Below, one piece after another: positions 56,559 to 64,000 of a DNA stretch of 64,000 nt. The notes below the pieces were generated by a model. That model was not told the DNA's origin. It did not search any database and worked only from the letters and a program-made list of their open reading frames with translations. Positions within the stretch are counted from its first letter, which is position 1. Every line of letters begins with the position of its first letter. The position numbers and the translations under genes were made by a program. This DNA is from Candidatus Woesearchaeota archaeon (GTDB taxonomy: Archaea > Nanobdellota > Nanobdellia > Woesearchaeales > UBA583), in NCBI GenBank assembly GCA_965205335.1, contig OZ242164.1, positions 448,001 through 512,000 on the forward strand, written 5' to 3'.

Positions 56559-58478
56559 ATGAAATTTAAACTTGTATCTGATTTCAAACCAGCAGGCGGA
56601 CAACCCTTAGCAATACAAAAACTATATGAAGGATACAAAAAATATGACATCCAGACACTTGAAGGAATTACAGGTTCAGGCAAAACATTTGTTATGGCAA
56701 ACCTGATTGAAAAAGCAGGAAAACCAGCACTTGTCTTAGCACACAACAAAATACTTGCGGCTCAACTTTATCAGGAATTCTCTGAACTCTTCCCCCAAAA
56801 CAGAGTTGAATACTTCATATCATACTATGACTACTACCAACCAGAATCATACATCCCTACAACAGACACATACATTGAAAAATCCGCAACAGTAAACGAA
56901 GAAATAGAAAGACTAAGACTTAAAGCAATGTCATCAATCCTGTCAAGAGATGACGTAATAATTGTTGCATCAATCTCATGCATATACGGAGCAGGAAACC
57001 CGGATGATTTTAGAGACTTATCACAGGAACTAAAAATCGGACAGAAAATCAAACGCTCAGACTTACTAATTCAATTAGTTAATATGCAGTACGAAAGAAA
57101 CGACATAGAACTAAGTTCAGGAAAATTCAGAGCCCGTGGAGAAGTAATAGACATAATCCCATCTTATGACAAAAACATAATAAGAATTGAAATGTTTGGA
57201 GATGAAATAGAAAAAATCTCAGAAATAGATTCCATAAAAGGTGACAAAATAACTGACATTGACAAATTCAGATTATACCCCGGAAAACAATTTATAACAA
57301 CGGATGAAAAAATAAAACAGGCATCAGAATCAATAAAAGAAGAATTAGAAGAAAGAGAAAAAGAACTGCCCCTTCTTGAATCCCAGAGACTCAAAAAAAA
57401 AGTAAAATATGATTTAGAAATGATTGAAGAAATGGGCTACTGCAACGGAATTGAAAACTATTCAAGACATTTTGACAAAAGAAAAATAGGAGAACCCCCT
57501 CACGTCCTATTAGATTACTTCCCCAAAGATTTCCTTTTAATAATTGACGAATCCCATCAAACTCTCCCCCAATCAAGAGCAATGTACAACGGAGATTTCT
57601 CAAGAAAAAAATCCCTTGTTGATTACGGATTCAGACTGCCATGTGCATTTGATAACAGACCCTTAAAATTCCACGAATTTGAAAAATACTTTAACCATAC
57701 TCTATTTGTTTCTGCAACCCCAAGTGAATACGAAAAACAACACTCAAAACAAAACGTTGAACTAATTGTAAGACCAACAGGATTACTAGACCCTTTAATT
57801 GAAGTGCTGCCTATTGATGGGCAGGTTAAAGATTTAGAAGAACAAATTAAAAAAACCGTTGAAAAAGATGAGAGAGTTCTTGTAACAACCCTTACCAAAA
57901 AAATGGCTGAAGACTTAACAGATTACTTATCCAAAAAAGAAATAAAAGTCAGATACATGCACTCAGACATTGAATCCCTTGACAGAATTGAATTAGTCCG
58001 TTCACTTAGAGCAGGAGAATTTGATGTATTAGTTGGAATTAATCTTCTAAGAGAAGGCTTGGACATTCCAGAAGTCAGTTTAGTTGCAATACTTGATGCT
58101 GATAAAGAAGGGTTTTTACGTGATGAAAGATCCCTCATTCAGACAATCGGAAGAGCGACAAGAAACGAAAATGGAAAAGTTATAATGTATGCTAACAAAA
58201 CAACTCTCTCAATGAGAATTGCAATTGAAAAAACAAAATACAGAAGAAAAATTCAGGAAGAATTTAACAAAAAATATGGAATTACTCCTCAGACAATTAA
58301 AAAGAAAATCCAAAGCAAAAAAAGAGAAATAAAAGGTGTAAAACACATCTCTCAAAGTGACTTAAAAAAAGAAATTGCAAGAGTTGAAGCGGATATGAAA
58401 AGAGCGGCAAACGATTTAGACTTTGAAAAAGCCATTGACCTAAGAGATTACCTCAGAGAATTAAAAAGTAAAACTTAG
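56559..58478 (+). CDS. uvrB: Excinuclease ABC subunit B
   Basis: GITGSGKT, SYYDYYQPE, DESH, DADKEGFLR, C-terminal UVR domain. Confidence 0.98.
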   Translation: MKFKLVSDFKPAGGQPLAIQKLYEGYKKYDIQTLEGITGSGKTFVMANLIEKAGKPALVLAHNKILAAQLYQEFSELFPQNRVEYFISYYDYYQPESYIPTTDTYIEKSATVNEEIERLRLKAMSSILSRDDVIIVASISCIYGAGNPDDFRDLSQELKIGQKIKRSDLLIQLVNMQYERNDIELSSGKFRARGEVIDIIPSYDKNIIRIEMFGDEIEKISEIDSIKGDKITDIDKFRLYPGKQFITTDEKIKQASESIKEELEEREKELPLLESQRLKKKVKYDLEMIEEMGYCNGIENYSRHFDKRKIGEPPHVLLDYFPKDFLLIIDESHQTLPQSRAMYNGDFSRKKSLVDYGFRLPCAFDNRPLKFHEFEKYFNHTLFVSATPSEYEKQHSKQNVELIVRPTGLLDPLIEVLPIDGQVKDLEEQIKKTVEKDERVLVTTLTKKMAEDLTDYLSKKEIKVRYMHSDIESLDRIELVRSLRAGEFDVLVGINLLREGLDIPEVSLVAILDADKEGFLRDERSLIQTIGRATRNENGKVIMYANKTTLSMRIAIEKTKYRRKIQEEFNKKYGITPQTIKKKIQSKKREIKGVKHISQSDLKKEIARVEADMKRAANDLDFEKAIDLRDYLRELKSKT

Positions 58479-58587
58479 ATAAAGAAAATAACAAATTTCA
58501 ATAATACAAATAGAATTCATTTCTATTCTGCGGTATTATTTGCAATTAATAAGGTGATAAGTTCTTTAATATGTATTTCCCTTGAGT

Positions 58588-59574
58588 CTACTCAGTAGAA
58601 GCAGATTCTGAGAGTTCAAATGACTCAGATAATAAGCCATCTATGTATACTTCCTTAATCCATACACTTCCATCTGGATTATAGAATACAACCTCTTCAT
58701 CTAACTTTCCATCTTTATATGTTTTCCTGCTTTCTATTCTGCCATTAGGATAATATTTTATAAACTCTCCATCTCTCTTTCCATCTTTATATGCTTCCTC
58801 ACTCTCTATACTACCATCTAAATTATAATATATAAACTCCTCTCTGTTATCTTTATATGTTTTCCTGCTTTGTATATTACCCTCTGGATAATAAAATTTA
58901 ATCTCTTCCTCAAGTTTGCCACCTTCATAGATCTCTTTACTCTTTATATTACCGTCTTCATAATATTCTATAACTTCTCCCTCTAACTTATCACCCTCAT
59001 ATGTTTCCGTACTGTGTATACTTCCATCAGAATTATATTTTATAAACTCGCCTTCTTTCCTGCCATTTTTATATGTTCCATTCAATATACTCCCATCTTC
59101 ATAGTATTCAATGACTTCTCCCTCCAATTTACCATCTTTGTATATTCCCTTACTTTTTATTGTACCATCAAGATAATATTTTATAAACTCTCCTTCTAAC
59201 CTGCCATCTCTATATGTTTCCCTGCTCCATATATTACCATTTTGATAATACACTATATTCTCTCCTTCTAACTTGCCATCTCTATATGTTACATTACTTT
59301 GAATACTTCCATCAGGATAATATTTTATAAACTCTCCTTCTTTACTGTCATTTTTATATGTTCCCTTACCCAATACACTACCATCTCTATAATATTCTAT
59401 AACCTCTCCCTCTAATTTTCCCTCCTTATATGTTCCCTTACTTAATATGCTACCATCTTCATAATATTTTACAGCTTCTTCTTCCTGCTCCATACACCCG
59501 CCTAAAACCAATAAAACAATTAAAGTTACTATTGCCCCTAATTTGATTTCTTTATTTACCATAATCCTAATCAA
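58588..59574 (-). CDS. Lipoprotein-like MORN-variant (YwqK-type) repeat protein
   Basis: Lipobox LGGC followed by ~12 repeats of YY.DG.I.S..TYKDGKLEGE. Confidence 0.85.
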   Translation of the reverse strand: MIRIMVNKEIKLGAIVTLIVLLVLGGCMEQEEEAVKYYEDGSILSKGTYKEGKLEGEVIEYYRDGSVLGKGTYKNDSKEGEFIKYYPDGSIQSNVTYRDGKLEGENIVYYQNGNIWSRETYRDGRLEGEFIKYYLDGTIKSKGIYKDGKLEGEVIEYYEDGSILNGTYKNGRKEGEFIKYNSDGSIHSTETYEGDKLEGEVIEYYEDGNIKSKEIYEGGKLEEEIKFYYPEGNIQSRKTYKDNREEFIYYNLDGSIESEEAYKDGKRDGEFIKYYPNGRIESRKTYKDGKLDEEVVFYNPDGSVWIKEVYIDGLLSESFELSESASTE

Positions 59575-59676
59575 AGTTTAAATTTTATAAGCTTTATGAA
59601 ATATTAAAACTTATGTAATTCAGACAGAACTTAACTTAAAATTACTCTCATATTTATATTCTAAAACATTTAAGGA

Positions 59677-59964
59677 TTATTTCATAAGATCAACACCTAA
59701 GGCTTTAATGATTGAATCCCTTAGATTTTGACCTTTTATATCATCCTCTGAGAGAATTACAATTATAGGTTTAATCAACTTATCAATTGTATTCTTTACC
59801 CTTACAGACAAACCATCATAATCTTTTTGAGAAATCACAACAATTCCTGCATCAGAATTCTTTGAAATTAACTCCTCAAACTTATCCATTCTCTCAGATC
59901 TAATACCAACTAAATCAAAACCAAGAGTGAACTCTTCATCTCCAACCACAATTATCTCTGCCAT
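59677..59964 (-). CDS. atpF: A/V-type ATP synthase subunit F
   Basis: IIVVGDEEFTLGFDLVGI..IIKALGVDL. Confidence 0.92.
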   Translation of the reverse strand: MAEIIVVGDEEFTLGFDLVGIRSERMDKFEELISKNSDAGIVVISQKDYDGLSVRVKNTIDKLIKPIIVILSEDDIKGQNLRDSIIKALGVDLMK

Positions 59965-59968
59965 TCTC

Positions 59969-60985
59969 TCAACTTATTAAATCCAAAACCTCTTCCTTTG
60001 ATAAATTCAAAAACTTAGCTTTTAAAAGGATTCTAAGCATCCCCATCTCTCTTTCCAATTTGAACAAAAACCTTAAGGCATAAAAAGGAGAACCAAATTT
60101 TGCTTTTCTAAAAAGACTCTCTGACCTCTTCTTATGAACTGAAACTCCCCTGTCAAGAGATTCAACTAAACTTGCCTCAATATCCAATTGCAAATCTCCA
60201 AACTTTTCCTTAAAAAAATCCATGGTTTCTCTAATTGATTTAGAAGATAAAACTTCAAAATCTCCAAGAGACAACTTCCCTCCTTCAATATACAACTCAC
60301 TAAAATATAACTCCTTTGAATTTTCAACCTTTAACTTGACAAAAGTCCTTGCATTCAACAAATCAATATAATTCCTAATAAATTTAACAAAAGCTCCTTC
60401 ATCAACACTATTAAACTTAAACCATTTAGAATTTAACCTCCTATAATACTGCATATACAGATAATTCTCAAGTTCATATAACCCCTTTTCATAAGCCTTT
60501 AAAACTTTATTTTCATCAAACTTAAGTTTCTTTGAAATATAAACAAGTGCACCTTCTATATTTGGCATCTCCCATGCCTTAATATATTTCATTTTTCTTC
60601 GACTATCTCCTATTAAATACACTTCATAATCCTCTTCTTGGGATACCTTGCATCTAAGAATCACCATAAAATTGTGAATCTGATACTTTAAATAATATGA
60701 ATCAAGCAGTTCCCTATTTCTTTTTGAAGCGCCTAAAAAGACTTTCTTATATATATCCGAAAGATGCTCATTTAATACTCTCTCAACTAAATAGAAACCA
60801 TCATATCTAAGAAATGACTCATCAACTGATTTTCTAAACCCATGCTCCTCGAGATACCTTAGAATTTCATCAAACTCAAGTTCAGATAATTCTCGTATTT
60901 TTTCATATCCGTAAAGCCTGCCTGACTCAACTGCTATTTTTGCACTACTATATGAGTTCTTATTTAAACTAACTAACCTCCCCAT
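59969..60985 (-). CDS. atpC: A/V-type ATP synthase subunit C
   Basis: Between E and F; YQIHNFMVILR, IDLLN, E...LRILLKAK. Confidence 0.85.
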   Translation of the reverse strand: MGRLVSLNKNSYSSAKIAVESGRLYGYEKIRELSELEFDEILRYLEEHGFRKSVDESFLRYDGFYLVERVLNEHLSDIYKKVFLGASKRNRELLDSYYLKYQIHNFMVILRCKVSQEEDYEVYLIGDSRRKMKYIKAWEMPNIEGALVYISKKLKFDENKVLKAYEKGLYELENYLYMQYYRRLNSKWFKFNSVDEGAFVKFIRNYIDLLNARTFVKLKVENSKELYFSELYIEGGKLSLGDFEVLSSKSIRETMDFFKEKFGDLQLDIEASLVESLDRGVSVHKKRSESLFRKAKFGSPFYALRFLFKLEREMGMLRILLKAKFLNLSKEEVLDLIS

Positions 60986-60987
60986 TT

Positions 60988-61548
60988 TTATTCTCGAAAT
61001 AATATCTTAAATAACCTGTCCCTATATTCTTCAAAAACTTCAGAAAGTAGAGCATTAAAAGATAAATCCAATCTTTCACAGCCATCCTTTGTTTCAAAAA
61101 CCAAACCACACAGACCCTTGAGGGATTTAACCTTTGTATCTTCAACCTTTGATTTTGCAAATTCCAAATCTTCATCCGATGTATAAACTATATCATACCT
61201 AATTAAACTCTTCGCTCTTTTAATTAACTTAACAAGAATCTTCTCTCTCGTATGCTTATCTAAAGAATCAATTTCCTCTTTTGCCCCAGAATAAACCTCT
61301 GAAATAATCTTTGATTTTGCACTAAGAATTATTCTCTTAGATTCTCTTGAATACTTCCCCTGTGTTTTCTTAGATACTAACTCATATTCCCTTTGAAACT
61401 TTGATATAATATTATCCTTATATTCCAAGAATTCTTTTTCAAATTCTTTCTGCATCTTAGACATTTCAACCATTAACTCATCATTAATAGAAATCCTTTC
61501 ATCGTGAGCCTTAGTTAGAATATCCTGTGATATTGTTTGAATAGACAT
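60988..61548 (-). CDS. atpE: A/V-type ATP synthase subunit E
   Basis: N-terminal coiled coil, GLCGLVFE..DG..RLDLSF..ILF. Confidence 0.85.
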   Translation of the reverse strand: MSIQTISQDILTKAHDERISINDELMVEMSKMQKEFEKEFLEYKDNIISKFQREYELVSKKTQGKYSRESKRIILSAKSKIISEVYSGAKEEIDSLDKHTREKILVKLIKRAKSLIRYDIVYTSDEDLEFAKSKVEDTKVKSLKGLCGLVFETKDGCERLDLSFNALLSEVFEEYRDRLFKILFRE

Positions 61549-61572
61549 TTTCCTTAGTCTTTTATTTTAAAC

Positions 61573-61809
61573 TCATGCAAGATTCATAATCAAAAAAGCC
61601 GTAACAAATCCGAAAATCAAAATTGTCTCAGGTAATACTGCAAAAATCAAAGCTTTCGCAAACATCTCAGGGTCCTCTGAAATAGCCCCAATTGCAGCAG
61701 CCATAGCCTCTTTCTGACCAAGACCTGTACCTATTGCCGCAAGCCCAAGTGCAAGCCCCGCGCCCACTCCTAATAACCCAGTTGTTGAAATCATTGTTTC
61801 CACTGCCAT
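61573..61809 (-). CDS. atpK: A/V-type ATP synthase subunit K (c), single hairpin
   Basis: GLAAIGTGLGQ..AAIGAISEDP..VLPETILIFG. Confidence 0.93.
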   Translation of the reverse strand: MAVETMISTTGLLGVGAGLALGLAAIGTGLGQKEAMAAAIGAISEDPEMFAKALIFAVLPETILIFGFVTAFLIMNLA

Positions 61810-61862
61810 AATAATTGAAAAGAAACAAAACTCCCTTATAAAGATTACTATTATAAGGCTCT

Positions 61863-62804
61863 TGTGTAAACGGGTGACATATGTCACCACCTCAACTTTC
61901 TCTGAAAGTTGTCAAACTCATAAGAAGGAGTTCGACCAAATAAGCTCTCATGAGGCCTAAAAGCATTGTATCTATATCTAAATAACTCTAAATCATTGTT
62001 GCAATACCTAATTTCTCTGTCAATTGTTCCAAACAAACGTTCCACTTTTCCATTTGTTTGAGGACGGTTAACTCTAGTTCTAATGTGCTTAATCTTTCTT
62101 CTTTGGCACCATTTATCAAACTTAGACTTCTTACTTGTGAGTCCATATGGTGCTCCATTGTCACTGATTATTTGATTAGGATTTCCAAATTTCTTGATTA
62201 AATTATCAAGAAATTGTGTTACAATTGGTGTTGTAACAGTTGGAACATGTAAAATACCTAAACAATAACGGGTGGCATCATCAATGACTGCAATTATTTT
62301 ACCTTTTTCCCCAAATTCACTGTCATCAATATGCCAAAGTGAATTTGAGTGTTTACGTTCGAAACGAACGTATTTAACCCGAGAACCTCTATTTCCTTCT
62401 TTACGAGTTAAATTATTCTCTCTAAGAACTTTATTAATGGTTCTCTCTGAAATATCTAGATTAGGTAGGATTTTATGAAGCTTTTTAGCTCCCCAACCTG
62501 TTTTATACCGAAGATTTAAAATTGCTTTCTCATCTTCTAAAGTAACTTTGTAATAGATCTTGTTTGGTCTTGTAGACTTATCTTGATAATCTCCTATTTC
62601 TTTATCAAAACGTTGTTGCCAACGTTTTAAAGTACGAATACATACAAAGTATTTGCACTTCTCAGCAAGTATTTTCTTGCATTTTGAATAAGAGTTTTGT
62701 TTAACTCTTAGTTTTATGAAAACTTTCCTAACTTTGTCTTTTTTCATAAAGTTAACAAGAATTGTTAACTTTTAGACTGGTGACATATGTCATGGCACTA
62801 CACA
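61863..62804 (-). mobile_element. IS481-family element C (942 bp), no TSD
   Basis: Ends TGTGTAAACGGGTGACATATGTCACC and TGTGTAGTGCCATGACATATGTCACC; the two flanks do not match. Confidence 0.92.
61884..62747 (-). CDS. IS481-family DDE transposase
   Basis: DDE motifs; 3' half nearly identical to element A. Confidence 0.93.
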   Translation of the reverse strand: MKKDKVRKVFIKLRVKQNSYSKCKKILAEKCKYFVCIRTLKRWQQRFDKEIGDYQDKSTRPNKIYYKVTLEDEKAILNLRYKTGWGAKKLHKILPNLDISERTINKVLRENNLTRKEGNRGSRVKYVRFERKHSNSLWHIDDSEFGEKGKIIAVIDDATRYCLGILHVPTVTTPIVTQFLDNLIKKFGNPNQIISDNGAPYGLTSKKSKFDKWCQRRKIKHIRTRVNRPQTNGKVERLFGTIDREIRYCNNDLELFRYRYNAFRPHESLFGRTPSYEFDNFQRKLRW

Positions 62805-63928
62805 ACAGTAAGATCTAATACTGAGTTGAACTATGGAGAATATCTTGGATGGTATAATGATTCAGGAACAATACATCCAGGAGTTACTGAATCACAAGGA
62901 TTTGATGACTCGGATACTGACGTTTTAGAAGAAAAAAGGTTTGACAATGACATTTCTGATGAAGACTATGAACAGACATTAGAATTACTTGGAGGACATT
63001 TCAATTATGCTTTGCGAGATGAAGTTGATGGTGTGACTGAAATTACAGATGGTATTTTCTATAATAGTGGTAAAGCATTTGCAAGATATACATTAAATAT
63101 TGATGGTAGTGGTATTGATAATTAACTGCAGCTGCAGAAGTTGATAATAATTGGGATGTAACACCTGTTGATAATAATCCTCAAACTGGTGGTCCTGAAC
63201 TGGAGTTCCATTTAGACAGAGTAGATTATGATGATGATAAGGATGAGATGAGTTATCTGAATATAACATTTGGATGGGATAACGGTGATGATGAATTTGA
63301 TATTGAAAAGCCTGTACTTATGAATAAAGATGGAGAGCCTGATGTTTGGGCAAATGAAGGATATGAAGATAATGAAGAAGATAGTTCTGATTTTAAGACT
63401 TTCGTTAACCCATACGGAGTTATGGTAGAATGGGATAGAGATGATAAAGATAAAGTAACTATTATGACACCTGAGGAACAAGTAAGAGCGGAAGTTTCCG
63501 TTGTATTCGGTGGTGGTTCTTCAACTGAGTTTATGTCTGAATCCTTTATGACAATGGCAGAAGCTGAAGAGAGAGCTGATGAACTTAAAGGCGATGACAT
63601 GTACAGAAATGTAGAAGTTAATGATATGATGGAAGGAGCAGTTAGCTTTGCAATCTCAGGTCCTTTGTTAGATAATCAGGTTACTGGAACAGGTAATATG
63701 ATTGTTGTTGGTGGTCCTGCTGTTAACAGGGTTGCTGCTGAACTACTTGGTATGTCGTTCCCGTCAATGGGTACTGCATCAGGTCTATCACCTGGACAGG
63801 CTCAGATTAGAATGTTTGAGAGTGTAAACTCCGTTCTAGTCTATGGTTGGTCAGCTGCTGATACAATGGCAGCAGTTAACAGACTGAACTCTGGGAACTT
63901 AGAAGGTTCACAAGTTAATGTAGGATAA
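62805..63928 (+). pseudogene. 5'-truncated, frameshifted S-layer protein gene
   Basis: Open frame runs from the IS end to a 1-bp deletion near 63120, then continues to the S-layer C-terminal motif GNMIVVGGPAVNRVAAELLG..VLVYGWSAADT. Confidence 0.75.
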
Positions 63929-64000
63929 ATTATCTTATATTTTTTAATTTACTTTTTCTAATTTTATTTAGTGTATTATGATGTATAATCATGGAATTTG

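Noticed and set aside
301-63600. Numerous short antisense ORFs over rfcS, pheS, uvrB, malic enzyme, ilvA and others
   Set aside because: Fully overlap well-supported genes and show no recognisable motifs.
1-64000. CRISPR array or cas genes
   Set aside because: All repeats found are coding tandem repeats or dispersed TIR elements; no repeat-spacer pattern or Cas motifs seen.

Overview
AT-rich, gene-dense archaeal chromosome segment, most likely from a DPANN archaeon of Woesearchaeota/Nanoarchaeota type (inference from archaeal r-proteins, RFC, histones, A-type ATPase, proteasome, many class III signal-peptide surface proteins and mostly leaderless TTTATAAA promoters). Housekeeping content includes rfcS, pheS/pheT, r-proteins (two missed by the ORF track: eL41, eL39), psmB, grpE, cmk, uvrB, a UvrD-like helicase, a split A-ATPase operon, two histones and tRNA-Trp. 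There are nine mobile elements: six ~128-bp MITEs (GGCTCTGTCC ends, 8-bp TSD) and three IS481-family elements (TGT ends; a ~15-bp TSD at two of them). Main finding: the insertions sit at a fixed distance upstream of TATA boxes. Five MITEs end exactly 14 bp before TTTATAAA and the sixth 14 bp before TTTAACTA. The three IS481 copies end 20 bp before TTTATAA(A/G) once a later MITE and a 2-bp deletion are allowed for, all in the same orientation. This points to promoter-anchored (possibly TBP/TFB-guided) transposition by two unrelated element families. Other notable items are a chimeric IS481 with mismatched ends, an apparently catalytically dead IleRS paralog, an L7Ae with a ~430-aa acidic repeat tail, modular surface proteins sharing a Cys-rich repeat, a relic PIN/ASCH module between pheS and pheT, and an IS-truncated S-layer gene. 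All calls were made by eye; no database searches were run.
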